This document shows positions 42,906 to 52,441 of a DNA stretch of 58,289 nucleotides, one piece after another. Origin of the DNA: Actinomycetota bacterium. Lineage in GTDB: Bacteria; Actinomycetota; UBA4738; HRBIN12. The notes beneath the pieces were generated by a model, which saw only the letters and a list, made by a program, of their open reading frames with translations, was not told the origin of the DNA and searched no databases. The translations under genes were made by a program, and so were the position numbers. The DNA is taken from assembly GCA_036555125.1 (NCBI GenBank), contig DATBLY010000068.1, forward strand, positions 1-58,289, read 5' to 3'. Within the stretch, counting starts at the first letter, position 1; each line of letters starts with the position of its first letter.

Positions 42906-44306
42906 TCAGCGCGCGGACGAGTCTAGCAACGGACCCTCGTCCGGCCCGCGACGATCCGATGGAGACCGCCGGAACGCATCGAAGGCGCGCGCGTAGTCGA
43001 CGCCGATGCCCTCGGCCACGGTGGCCTCGTCCACCCCCATGTCGGCCAGGGACTTCGCCCAGATCCCGAGCGCGGCGTGCGCGGGGTCGCCCGCGAGCGC
43101 GAGCGTCGCCTCGATCGCCTCCTCGTACCCGCGCGCGGTGGCCTCGGCGGCGGCCAGGCCCTCGACGTGGGCGCGGGCCGCCGCGCCCATCCGGGCGCGG
43201 CGGTCCTCATCGGCCAGGAGCTCCGCGATCGCCCGACCCAGCTCCGCCGGGTCGGGCACCCCCGCCGGGACGTGGACCACGAGCTCCTCCGGGACGTCGA
43301 GGTACGCGCCGGTGGCCGAGACGATCGCCGGCTTCCCCGCCTGCATCGCCCGCGAGAGCGACCCGCTCGTCTCGCCGCGCGTCGGATGTCGCAGGTCGAC
43401 CACGACGTCGGACGCGACGAGCCAGGCTCGGAACTCGTCGTCGGTCACATCCGTCGCGAGCGTCGCGCGCGACCCGAGCCCGGCCCGGCGGAGCAGCTGC
43501 TCGGGGTCGTACCCGGGGATCCGACGGCCGACGAGCGCGACGTGCACCCCGTCGCCGAGGCCGCCCACGGCGGCGAGGAGCGGCTCCAGCTGCTTCGCGG
43601 CGTTCAGATCGCCGGGCGCCACGACGAGCGCGCGCATGCCTCGGGCCTCGAGACCGGCCCGGAGCTCCCGGGCGCGCGGCTCGGCGCGACGGATCGCGGC
43701 CGGATCCTCGATCGGTGGATGCGGCACCACGAACACGGGCGTCCGGCAACCGAGCTCCTGGAGGTACCGGCGGCCGAAGTCCGCGTGCACGACGATCCCG
43801 CGGGCGCGGCGCGCCACGTGCGCCGCCCATGGCACGCGCAGGGGCTCGTTGCGGACGACGTCGGGCGAGGTCAGGTTGCGCTGCAGCGCCTGGGCCTCGC
43901 GCAGCGCCTTGAACGCGAGCGGGTCGCCGAGCGTGCGCAGGGCCGCGACGAAATCGTCCAGCGCCAGGTCGTGCAGGACGATCAGGGAGGCGGGGGCGAC
44001 GTAGGCCGCGCGGTAGGCCTCCAGGTGGTACTCGGCGTTGTTCCCGATCTGGAACACACCGAGCTGATAGCCGTGCAACCGCGGCGTCATCCGCGGCTCG
44101 AACGGCCAGACGACGTCCACCCGGTGGCGTCGCATGAACCCGATGCGCTCGAGACCGTCCAGCACCGCCCGGTCGTAGCTGGCGACGCCCGTCGCGGCCG
44201 GCGGCAACGGCCCGCAGAACAGGACCTCTCCGACCGACCCGGGACCGGGCGGGCCCGGGTCGGAGAGCACGCGCCGGGCGAGCCTCGCGAGCCGATCGCG
44301 GATCAT
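42906..44306 (-). CDS. GT4-family (GT-B) glycosyltransferase
   Basis: I trimmed the 773-aa composite ORF to the ATG overlapping the upstream stop (ATGA): MIRDRLARLARRV... The C-terminal GT-B half has ETSGSLSRAMQAGKPAIVS. Confidence 0.75.
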   Translation of the reverse strand: MIRDRLARLARRVLSDPGPPGPGSVGEVLFCGPLPPAATGVASYDRAVLDGLERIGFMRRHRVDVVWPFEPRMTPRLHGYQLGVFQIGNNAEYHLEAYRAAYVAPASLIVLHDLALDDFVAALRTLGDPLAFKALREAQALQRNLTSPDVVRNEPLRVPWAAHVARRARGIVVHADFGRRYLQELGCRTPVFVVPHPPIEDPAAIRRAEPRARELRAGLEARGMRALVVAPGDLNAAKQLEPLLAAVGGLGDGVHVALVGRRIPGYDPEQLLRRAGLGSRATLATDVTDDEFRAWLVASDVVVDLRHPTRGETSGSLSRAMQAGKPAIVSATGAYLDVPEELVVHVPAGVPDPAELGRAIAELLADEDRRARMGAAARAHVEGLAAAEATARGYEEAIEATLALAGDPAHAALGIWAKSLADMGVDEATVAEGIGVDYARAFDAFRRSPSDRRGPDEGPLLDSSAR

Positions 44307-45355
44307 GCGTCCAGCAGGCGCGCGACCACGTCCGGCCAGCGCGGGACCTCGGCGCGGACGACCGCGTTCCCGGCCTGGCCCAGGCGAAGTGCCAGGTCGC
44401 GGTCGGCGTACAGCCGGTCGAACGCCTCGGCGATCGCCCGTGGCTCGGGCGGCACGACCGCGCCGGTCTCGCCGTCGAACACGAACTCGAGCGGGCCGCC
44501 GCTGTCCGAGAGCGTCACGACGGGCCGGGCGGCGGCGAACCCCTCGATCGTGACGTAGCCGTAGTCCTCGTCGAACGGGCCGTAGTACACGGCGAGGGCC
44601 GTCTCGTAGAGCTCGTACAGCCGCTCGTCGGAGGCGCCGATCTCGAAGGTGACGCGGTCGCCGATCCCGGCCCGCTCGACCCGGTCCCGGAGCGACCGCT
44701 CGTCCGGACCCCGCCCCACGAGCACGAGCCGGACCCCGGTGCGCACGTGCGCCATCGCGTCGATCGCGAGCGACTGGCGCTTGAGGCTCTCCATCCGGCT
44801 CGGGAAGACGACGTGCCCACCGATCGGGCCCGCCGGCTGATCCAGCAGCGCCTCCATCACCGGCGACGGGTGGTACAGGGGCTCGGCGGGGATCCGCAGC
44901 GAGTCCCACAGCCGCGTCTGCACGTTCTTCGAGTTCGTGAACACGCGCTTGGCCTCGTTCAGCGCGAGGCGGTCGGCGTTCCAGACCATGTCGCGCACGG
45001 CGGCGCCGTCGTGCTGGCGCGAGAGGTCGGCGTAGTCGGGGTGGTCCCACAGCTCGTAGGCCGTGCGGTGCTGATGCATGAGCCAGACGATCTTGCGTTC
45101 GTGCTCGACGAGGTACGCGGGGAACTTCAGCCCGATCACCGCGTCCACCCGCAGGCCGTTGGACTCGGTGATGTCGAAGCTCCGCCACACGGCCATCTGA
45201 TGCGCGAGCTGCGACGCCGGGTACCACTTGCCCGCGATCTGGACGAGGTCCGCCTCGTGCCCGGCGGCCCGCAGCGCGCGCGTCAGCTGTTCGGCGTGCG
45301 TCTCGGCGCCGCCGCGGACGAACGCGGTCTGGGGATGCAGGACCGCGATCCTCAC
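44303..45355 (-). CDS. GT4-family (GT-B) glycosyltransferase
   Basis: The 350-aa ORF reads MRIAVLHPQTAFVRGGAETH...EDYGYVTIEGFAAARPVV... Confidence 0.8.
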   Translation of the reverse strand: MRIAVLHPQTAFVRGGAETHAEQLTRALRAAGHEADLVQIAGKWYPASQLAHQMAVWRSFDITESNGLRVDAVIGLKFPAYLVEHERKIVWLMHQHRTAYELWDHPDYADLSRQHDGAAVRDMVWNADRLALNEAKRVFTNSKNVQTRLWDSLRIPAEPLYHPSPVMEALLDQPAGPIGGHVVFPSRMESLKRQSLAIDAMAHVRTGVRLVLVGRGPDERSLRDRVERAGIGDRVTFEIGASDERLYELYETALAVYYGPFDEDYGYVTIEGFAAARPVVTLSDSGGPLEFVFDGETGAVVPPEPRAIAEAFDRLYADRDLALRLGQAGNAVVRAEVPRWPDVVARLLDA

Positions 45356-45756
45356 GGGATGTGGTCCTCGGCCTCGCCGGGGTCGTCCTCGCCGATCGAC
45401 CGGCGGAGCCGCGCGACCTCGACCTCGGCCGCCATCAACCGCTCGGCGAGCCCGGTCGTGAGCTCGGCCAGGTCCCCTACGACCCGGTCGTACCGTCGCG
45501 ACACCGGACGCATCGAGCGGAAGAGCCCGTACTTCAGCTTGCGACGCCAGCGCGAGGGCGAGGCCAGGTACCCCTCACCCTGCGGGACGGACGCCAGCTC
45601 GTCGGCGCGAAGCTGCGCGGCGAGGTCCATCAGGCGATCGCGCACCTCCGGGGTCGTCAGGCGGGCACGTGAGACCCGATCCTGCGCCCAGTAGAGCTCG
45701 CGGGCGAGCTCGGACGCTGCGGGATCGGGCACGGTGGGATCGGGTGGGCCAGCCAT
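45352..45756 (-). CDS. Hypothetical coiled-coil protein in the glycan locus
   Basis: The 134-aa ORF's stop overlaps the GT4 start (GTGA). It is helical and charged, and I recognised no family. Confidence 0.5.
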   Translation of the reverse strand: MAGPPDPTVPDPAASELARELYWAQDRVSRARLTTPEVRDRLMDLAAQLRADELASVPQGEGYLASPSRWRRKLKYGLFRSMRPVSRRYDRVVGDLAELTTGLAERLMAAEVEVARLRRSIGEDDPGEAEDHIP

Positions 45757-45806
45757 CGGCGCAGGTCAGCGTAGCATCCGCCCCTCGCGCGACCGCTCGC
45801 CCGGAG

Positions 45807-46643
45807 CTACGCGTCCGGACCGATCAGCGAGCGCAGCGCGACGTCGAGCGACGGCATCGGCTCCAGCCCGAGCCCCGGCAGCACCACGCTCGTGAGCGAC
45901 GCATCGGTCGGGCGCGGCGCGGGGAGCGCCAGGTCGGCCGAGGTCTGCGGCTCGACCCGGCCGGTGAGGCCGCCGATCGCCTTCGCCCGCGACAGCACGT
46001 CGAACCAGCACGCCCGCTCGGGCCCGGCCACGTGATACGTGCCGGGGCGGCCCGCGAGCACGAGCGGCAGCAGCCGCGCGGCGAGGGCGCTCACGGGCGT
46101 CGGCGTCCCGAACCGGTCCGCCAGCCCGCCGACCGTCTCGCCGGCGCGCAGGCGCGCGATGGCTCCGCTCACGTAGTCGGTGCCGCCGCCGAAGACCTGG
46201 CCGGTCCGCACGATCACGTGACGCCACCAGCACTCGCGTACCAGGCGCTCCCCGGCGACCTTCGAGCGGCCGTAGACGGACAGCGGACCGGGTCGGTCGA
46301 ACTCGTCGTAGGGGGCGCCCTTCGTCCCGTCGAAGACGTAGTCCGTGGAGACGTGCAGCAGCCAGGCGTCCGCCATCCGGGCCGCCAGCGCGAGGCTCTG
46401 CGGGCCGAGCGCGTTGTCGCGCCAGGCCCGCTCGGGATCGGACTCGTTCGCGTCGACCGCGGTGAACGCCGCCAGGTTCACGATCGCGTGCGGTGCGAGC
46501 GACGGGACGGTGCGCATCACGGCGTCGTGGTCGCCGACGTCGAGCTCCGCGTGCGTGAGGGCCGTCACCTCGTGGTGCGGCGCCAGCTGCGCCAGGAACG
46601 CTCGCGCGAGCCCGCCGCCGGCGCCGGTGACGACCAGCCTCAC
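45807..46643 (-). CDS. rmlD: dTDP-4-dehydrorhamnose reductase
   Basis: The sequence starts VRLVVTGAGGGLARAF... and continues ...STDYVFDG...YGRSK. Its GTG overlaps the rmlB stop. Confidence 0.88.
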   Translation of the reverse strand: MRLVVTGAGGGLARAFLAQLAPHHEVTALTHAELDVGDHDAVMRTVPSLAPHAIVNLAAFTAVDANESDPERAWRDNALGPQSLALAARMADAWLLHVSTDYVFDGTKGAPYDEFDRPGPLSVYGRSKVAGERLVRECWWRHVIVRTGQVFGGGTDYVSGAIARLRAGETVGGLADRFGTPTPVSALAARLLPLVLAGRPGTYHVAGPERACWFDVLSRAKAIGGLTGRVEPQTSADLALPAPRPTDASLTSVVLPGLGLEPMPSLDVALRSLIGPDA

Positions 46644-47614
46644 CCCGCGACCCCGGCGAGCATCGTCTCGACCCACGCCCGGTGATCGCGGTACCAGGCC
46701 ACGGTCCGGGCGAGCCCCTCGTCGAACGGTACCTCGGGCGTCCACCCCAGGGCACGCAGGCGTGCGTCGTCGAGTCCGTAGCGGAAGTCGTGCCCGGGTC
46801 GCGCGTCGACGAACGCGATCGTCGCCGGGTCGGCCCCCGCCAGGGCGCAGATCCGCTGGGCGAGCTCGAGGTTCGCGAGCTCGGTGCCGCTCCCGATGTT
46901 GTACGTGCCGCCCGGCTCGCCGCGGTCGAGGACCACGAGGCACGCGCGGATCCAGTCCGTGACGTAGAGCCATTCGCGCCGCTGCCGCCCGGCGTCGTAG
47001 ACGGGCAACGGGCGGCCGTCGAGGGCGGCCGTCACGAAGACCGGGATCGCCTTCTCCGGGTTCTGGCGGGGACCGTACGCGTTCGTTCCCCGCACGATCG
47101 TCACCGGGACGCCGAAGGTCACCTGGTAGGCGCGCGCGATCAGCTCGGCGGCCGCCTTGCTGGCGGCGTACGGGCTCCGCGGCGCGGGTGGGTCGTCCTC
47201 GTGGAACGTGGAGCCCTCGCGTCCCTCGCCGTAGATCTCGTCGGTCGAGACCAGCAGGAGCGGCCGGTCCCGATCCCGGCACGCGTCCAGGACGACCTGC
47301 GTCCCGAGCACGTTCGTCCGGAGGAACTCGCCGGGTCCCTCGATGCTGCGGTCGACGTGCGATTCCGCCGCCGCGTGCACGACGCGGTCGGCGCCGCCCA
47401 CCAGCTCGACCACCACCTCCGGATCCGTGACGTCCCCGCGGACGAACCGGAAGCGGGGGTGATCGACGTGGACCGCGAGGTTCTCCAGGCTCCCGGCGTA
47501 GGTCAGCTTGTCCAGCACCGTGACCTGGACGCGGGGATCCGCGAGCAGGCCGTCGACGAGGTGGGAGCCGATGAAGCCGGCGCCGCCGGTCACGAGCACG
47601 TGGAGATCGGTCAT
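46640..47614 (-). CDS. rmlB: dTDP-glucose 4,6-dehydratase
   Basis: The sequence reads MTDLHVLVTGGAGFIGSH...VSTDEIYG...YAASKAAAE. I trimmed the track ORF to this start. Confidence 0.93.
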   Translation of the reverse strand: MTDLHVLVTGGAGFIGSHLVDGLLADPRVQVTVLDKLTYAGSLENLAVHVDHPRFRFVRGDVTDPEVVVELVGGADRVVHAAAESHVDRSIEGPGEFLRTNVLGTQVVLDACRDRDRPLLLVSTDEIYGEGREGSTFHEDDPPAPRSPYAASKAAAELIARAYQVTFGVPVTIVRGTNAYGPRQNPEKAIPVFVTAALDGRPLPVYDAGRQRREWLYVTDWIRACLVVLDRGEPGGTYNIGSGTELANLELAQRICALAGADPATIAFVDARPGHDFRYGLDDARLRALGWTPEVPFDEGLARTVAWYRDHRAWVETMLAGVAG

Positions 47615-47642
47615 CGGCAGGCCTTTCGGGTGTGCGCCGAGT

Positions 47643-48857
47643 CTATCCGGGGGCGCCCACGCCGGGACCTCCCGCATCGGGGCCGCCCACGCCGGGGCCG
47701 CCCGCCCCGCCCGCGGCCCCGTGGAGCACCTCGACGGTCCGCTGAGCCGTGCGTTCCCACGTGAACCGCGCCGCCCGCGCGACGCCGGAGGCCGACAGCA
47801 TGGCCCGCAGGTCCTCGTCCGCGAGCAGCTCGGCCATGCCCGCCGCGATCGACGCCGTGTCCTCCGGATCGACCAGGACCGCCACGTCGCCCGCCACCTC
47901 CGGCAGCGCCGCGACGTCCGCGGTCACCACCGGGACCCCGGCGGCGAACGCCTCGAGGACCGGGAAGCCGAACCCTTCGTACCGAGAGGGGTAGGCGAGG
48001 ACCGTCGCGCCGGAGAGCAGCGCCACCTTGTCCCGTTCGGACACGTAGCCGGTGCGCACGATCCGGCGCCGCATCCCCTCGGGGAGCGCGGCCACGGCTT
48101 CCTCCACCTGCTCGACGGCCTTCGGCAGCCACGCGACCGGGCCGCCGGCGATGACCAGCGACGCCGCCGTTCCCAGCTGGCCGAACGCCGCGATCAGGCG
48201 CGGGAGGTTCTTGCGCGGCTCGATCCCGCCGACGAACAGGACGTACCGACCCTCGATCCCGAACTTGCGGCGCACGGCATCGATGCCCGCCTCCGGCACG
48301 GGCGCGTAGGCATCGGCGTCCACCCCGTGATGGACCACGTGGACGCGCTCCGGCTCGAGCGATCGCCACTCGAGCAGGTCTGCCCGCGCCGACGCCGACG
48401 GCACGATCACCGCGGGCGCCGCCTCGACCGAGCGCGCGAGCCGCCGCTGCCACCCGGCGTCGAACTGAGGCGCGCTCTCGGGGATGCGCAGGAACGCGAG
48501 GTCGTGGACCACCGGGATCCCCCGGTCCGGCCGTCCGGTCCGCGGCGGCAGGAAGTTCGTCCCGAGGAGCAGATCGAACTCGCCCGTCAACCACTCCACC
48601 CGGGGGACGCCGAGCCGCCACGACAACGGCTGGAACAGGCGCGACGGGATCCGTGATGCCTTCTCGGTGAGGTTCGACAGCTCGAGCGCCGCGAAGCGCC
48701 GCCGGCCGCGGAACACCCCGCGGACGTCCAGGTACCAGGCCACGAAGTCCGTCGCGGGATCGGCCGCGGGCAGGTGGCGGACCATCCGGCGCACGTAGTG
48801 CGGGATCCCGGTGCCGCGCGGGCCCAGCGCCGGACGGGCGTCGATCACGACTCGCAC
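47643..48857 (-). CDS. GT4-family glycosyltransferase with Gly/Pro-rich C-terminal tail
   Basis: The 404-aa ORF has the motif ...YPSRYEGFGFPVLEAFAAGVPVV... and a tail GGAGGPGVGGPDAGGPGVGAPG. Confidence 0.85.
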   Translation of the reverse strand: MRVVIDARPALGPRGTGIPHYVRRMVRHLPAADPATDFVAWYLDVRGVFRGRRRFAALELSNLTEKASRIPSRLFQPLSWRLGVPRVEWLTGEFDLLLGTNFLPPRTGRPDRGIPVVHDLAFLRIPESAPQFDAGWQRRLARSVEAAPAVIVPSASARADLLEWRSLEPERVHVVHHGVDADAYAPVPEAGIDAVRRKFGIEGRYVLFVGGIEPRKNLPRLIAAFGQLGTAASLVIAGGPVAWLPKAVEQVEEAVAALPEGMRRRIVRTGYVSERDKVALLSGATVLAYPSRYEGFGFPVLEAFAAGVPVVTADVAALPEVAGDVAVLVDPEDTASIAAGMAELLADEDLRAMLSASGVARAARFTWERTAQRTVEVLHGAAGGAGGPGVGGPDAGGPGVGAPG

Positions 48858-48920
48858 GCACGACAGGCTAGCCGAGGCGGTGCATCGCCCGGACCGAGCG
48901 ACCCGCCCGCGGGCGCAGGC

Positions 48921-49982
48921 TCACCCGAGCTCGACGCGTCCGTGGTCGCCGACGACCAGCCGGTGGGTCCCCGGTTCACCGGAATGCCGCACCTCGGCGC
49001 CGCGCCCGAGGATGGAGTCCGCGAGCCCCTCCACGCCGTGGATCCGGCAGTCCTCCATCACGATCGAGCCTCGGATCGCGCTGCGCTGCACGACGCAGTC
49101 GCGTTCGATCGAGACGTCGGGGCCGATGACCGAGTCCTCGATCACCGTCTCGGGCCCGATCGAGACCGGACCGACGATGCGTGAGCGGATCACCTTCGCG
49201 CCCGCCCCGAGCGCCACGACTCCCTCGACCGTCGAGGCCGCGTCGACCTGCCCAGGGGCCGCCGCCGGCCGCAGCGCACCGAGCAGGACCCGGTTCGCCT
49301 CGAGCAGGTCCGCCGGTCGTCCCGTGTCCTTCCACCACCCGCCCACCATCTCGGCCCGGACGGTCCGGTCGTGGTCGATCAGCCACTGGATCGCCTCGGT
49401 GATCTCGTACTCGCCGCGCCACGAGGGCTCCAGCGTGTCGATCGCCTCGTGGATCGCGTCGTCGAACAGGTACACGCCGACGAGGGCCAGGTCGCTCACG
49501 TGTTCGCGCGGCTTCTCGACGAGGCGCACGACGCGCTCCCCGTCGAGGACCGCGACCCCGAAGCGTTCGGGCTCGGGGACGCGCGCGAGGAAGATCTGCG
49601 CATCGGGCCGCGTGCGCTCGAACTCCTCGACGAAGCGGGACACGCCCTCGAGCAGGACGTTGTCGCCCAGGTACATCAGGAACGGGGCGCCCGCGACGAA
49701 GTCGCGGGCGCACCGGACAGCGTCGGCCAGACCGAGCGGCGCCGCCTGCGGGATGTAGGTCACGTCGAGGCCCCACGCGGAGCCGTCGCCCACCGCCGCG
49801 CGGATCTCGTCGCCGGTGGAGCCGATCACGATCCCGACCTGGGTGATGCCGGCGTCGCGGATGCTCTCGAGCGCGTGGAACAGGATCGGCGAGCCGGCCA
49901 CCGGGATCAGCTGCTTCGCGTTCGTGTGCGTGAGCGGGCGCAGGCGCGACCCCTCGCCGCCCGCCAGGATCAGCGCACGCAT
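48921..49982 (-). CDS. rmlA: Glucose-1-phosphate thymidylyltransferase (long form with beta-helix C-terminus)
   Basis: The sequence starts MRALILAGGEGSRLRPLTHTNAKQLIPV... Its ATG shares one nt with the LCP stop (TGATG). Confidence 0.85.
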   Translation of the reverse strand: MRALILAGGEGSRLRPLTHTNAKQLIPVAGSPILFHALESIRDAGITQVGIVIGSTGDEIRAAVGDGSAWGLDVTYIPQAAPLGLADAVRCARDFVAGAPFLMYLGDNVLLEGVSRFVEEFERTRPDAQIFLARVPEPERFGVAVLDGERVVRLVEKPREHVSDLALVGVYLFDDAIHEAIDTLEPSWRGEYEITEAIQWLIDHDRTVRAEMVGGWWKDTGRPADLLEANRVLLGALRPAAAPGQVDAASTVEGVVALGAGAKVIRSRIVGPVSIGPETVIEDSVIGPDVSIERDCVVQRSAIRGSIVMEDCRIHGVEGLADSILGRGAEVRHSGEPGTHRLVVGDHGRVELG

Positions 49983-51370
49983 CAGCCGCTCGCGGGGATG
50001 CAATCCGAGGAGGACGGCGCCTCCGAGCCGACGGGCTGCGGCTCGTAGGACGGCGTCACGAAGACCGCGACCGACGCGCCGCCGAGGTCGGCGACCGGGA
50101 CGAGTCGCAGGTCCGGGAAGTACCGGGCCACGACCAGTGCCTCGACCTCGCCCGCCGGTGTGTACGCGATCGCCGAGCCGCCGACGTCGGCCCCGAACGC
50201 CGCGTAGCTGACGATCCCGGGCGAGACGTCGAACCCGCCTTCGGACAGGACCCGCTCGACCTCGGTCGCGGCGGCCGCCTGCCCGTGCTCCACGACCGGC
50301 ACGCGGATCGTCGCCTCCGAGGGCGGCGTCCCCGCGAGGTCGGTCCCGACGGGCGGGAGCGGCCCGCCGTCGCGGAGCGCGGAGAACAGCTCCTCGGCGG
50401 CGGGGTCCATCCGGATCACCGACAGGCCGTCGATCGTCTCGCCGGTGCCGGAGACGGCGCGGAAGTCCGCGGCGCCGGTCGTGATCCCGCGGAGCTGGCC
50501 CACGAGGTAGACGAGGTCGGCGGGCGACAGATCCTCGTCACGCGTCATGTTGCGCAGGATCGGATGGATCAGGGCCGGGACCCTGATGAGCTCGGACGGT
50601 TGCAGGAGCCGGTTGATCAGGGCCCGCAGGAACTGCTGCTGCCGGCTGATGCGGGCGAAGTCCGGCACGGTGTCGCACGGCAGGTGCCGCGTGCGGACGT
50701 ACGCGAGCGCCTGGGAGCCGTCGAGCGTCTGGCACCCGGCCTTCAGGTCCAGGCCGGCGTTGATGTCGTACAGGTCGGTCGGGATGCACATCTCGACGCC
50801 GCCGAGCGCATCGACGACGCCCTGGAAGCCGCCGAGGTCCACGTAGAGGAAGTGGTTGATCCGCAGCCCCGTCAGCTTGTGGAGCGTCTTCGCCACGAGC
50901 AGCGGGCCGCCGCCTTCGATCCCGCCCTCGAACGCGCCGTTGATCTTGCCGAACCCGTGGCCCGGGATCTCGACCCACAGGTCGCGTGGGAACGACACGA
51001 TCACGACCTTCTGCCGCTTCGGATCCGAGTGGACGATCATGATCGTGTCCGAACGGTTCTCGCCGCCGATCACCTCGTCGCTGCCGAACTGCTCCTGCTG
51101 CTCGGGCGTGAGGTTCGAGCGCGAGTCGCTGCCGAGAAGCAGGTAGTTGCAGACGTTGCGGACGCACGGTCCGCCGACGTCTGGCTGCGCCTGCGCCGTC
51201 GAGCCACGGGCCTCGAACCCGCCGATCGTGCCCTCCCCCCTCGCCTGCTCGTAGGCGGCGAAGCCGTACGCGGAACCGGCGGCGATCATCAGCGCGATCG
51301 TCGCCGAGACGCCGACGAGCAGCCGCGTGGCGCGGCCGTGCGGGTGCTGGGAGGGAGGCGGGCTCGCCAT
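49982..51370 (-). CDS. LytR-CpsA-Psr (LCP) family glycopolymer ligase
   Basis: The 462-aa ORF has a TM anchor, an LCP core (YLLLGSDSR...RSDTIMIVH...VSFPRDLWV...INHFLYVDLGGF) and a LytR_C-like tail. Confidence 0.9.
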   Translation of the reverse strand: MASPPPSQHPHGRATRLLVGVSATIALMIAAGSAYGFAAYEQARGEGTIGGFEARGSTAQAQPDVGGPCVRNVCNYLLLGSDSRSNLTPEQQEQFGSDEVIGGENRSDTIMIVHSDPKRQKVVIVSFPRDLWVEIPGHGFGKINGAFEGGIEGGGPLLVAKTLHKLTGLRINHFLYVDLGGFQGVVDALGGVEMCIPTDLYDINAGLDLKAGCQTLDGSQALAYVRTRHLPCDTVPDFARISRQQQFLRALINRLLQPSELIRVPALIHPILRNMTRDEDLSPADLVYLVGQLRGITTGAADFRAVSGTGETIDGLSVIRMDPAAEELFSALRDGGPLPPVGTDLAGTPPSEATIRVPVVEHGQAAAATEVERVLSEGGFDVSPGIVSYAAFGADVGGSAIAYTPAGEVEALVVARYFPDLRLVPVADLGGASVAVFVTPSYEPQPVGSEAPSSSDCIPASG

Positions 51371-51453
51371 CGGTTCCAGCCTACCCGCGGGCTCGTGAGG
51401 TCCGATCCGTGATGGCTGTGACGTTCCTGTGGCGCGATGGGGGGACCGATAGG

Positions 51454-52341
51454 ATGGCCGAGCGCGTCCGATGCGCAGGTCAGGAGCGGTGCGTGGTCGG
51501 TGACCCGGTGAAGGTGCTCGTCGTCGCGCTGGACGAACCGCTCCGGCGGGAGCTCGAGGCGGACGACGGGTGCGTCGTCAGCGCCGTGGGCACGCTCGAG
51601 GAGGCCTTCCCCGTCGCGGCGGCCTCCGATGCGATCGTGATCGACCTGCTGGGCCTGGCGCCGCTCGAGGTCGTGGAGGGCCTGCGGTCCGTGGCGCCCG
51701 ACGCCGCGCTGGTGGTCGTGACCACCCCCGACGACGCGGCGGACGGGGCGATCGCGATGCACGCGGGTGCCGAGGACCACCTGGTCCGCGGCTCGATCCC
51801 GGCGGGGCTCCTGCCACGCGCCGTGCGGTACGCGGCCGGCATGCGGCGGCTGCGCACCGACCTGGCCACGCAGGACGAGGCGACCGGGCTGCCGAACCTC
51901 CGCGGGTTCCAGCCGATCGCCGAGCATCACCTGCGCATGGCCGATCGCGCCGGCACCCCGGTCGTGTTCGTGTTCGTCCGGATCGAGGAACCGGCGTCGG
52001 GAGCCACCCCCGACGCCATCGCCCCCGTGCGCGAGGCGGCATCGATCGTGCTCGAGGCGGTCCGGGACTCCGACGTCCCGGCGCGCGTGGCTCCCGACAC
52101 GTTCTGCATCCTGCTCACCGGCGACGCGACCGGGGCCGAGACGCTCGTCCTGTCCCGCCTCGTCGAGGCGATCGCGGTCCACAACGCCCGTCGCGACCGA
52201 CCGCGACCGCTCGCGCTCTCGGTGGGGAGCGCCCTGTACGAGCCCGGATCCACGGACGGACCCGCGTCCCTGCCCCAGATCCTCGAGCAGGCCGATCGGC
52301 GCCTGGCGGAGCCGAAGCTCGACGAACGTCCGGACGCCTGA
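51454..52341 (+). CDS. Receiver-like domain fused to a degenerate GGDEF domain (APDTF in place of GGDEF)
   Basis: The domain order is VKVLVVALDE...VIDLLG...VVVTT, then DEATGLPNLRGF, RDSDVPARVAPDTFCILL, SVGSALY and EQADRRL. The start is uncertain (GTG 51409, ATG 51454 or GTG 51493). Confidence 0.75.
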   Translation: MAERVRCAGQERCVVGDPVKVLVVALDEPLRRELEADDGCVVSAVGTLEEAFPVAAASDAIVIDLLGLAPLEVVEGLRSVAPDAALVVVTTPDDAADGAIAMHAGAEDHLVRGSIPAGLLPRAVRYAAGMRRLRTDLATQDEATGLPNLRGFQPIAEHHLRMADRAGTPVVFVFVRIEEPASGATPDAIAPVREAASIVLEAVRDSDVPARVAPDTFCILLTGDATGAETLVLSRLVEAIAVHNARRDRPRPLALSVGSALYEPGSTDGPASLPQILEQADRRLAEPKLDERPDA

Positions 52342-52441
52342 CCCCGTCCTGCCTTTTGCCGCGACTTAACCGTGCGTTGCCCGGTCGCTTGGGCGCCTCC
52401 CCCTAGCGTGCCTCCAGGAACCTCACGAAGGAGGACGTGTC

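Noticed and set aside
42906-42908. TGA read-through or selenocysteine producing a GT4-Wzm fusion, since both are in the same frame.
   Set aside because: No SECIS-like hairpin follows the TGA. The roughly 18 codons after it lose the GC3 bias, and an SD-like AGGGAG precedes the point where coding character resumes. Independent non-canonical initiation is the simpler explanation.
47643-47710. Short direct DNA repeat (GCCCACGCCGGG.. twice) at the 3' end of the GT4 gene.
   Set aside because: It simply encodes a Gly/Pro-rich C-terminal tail (GGPGVG GPDA GGPGVG). There is no evidence of an independent element.
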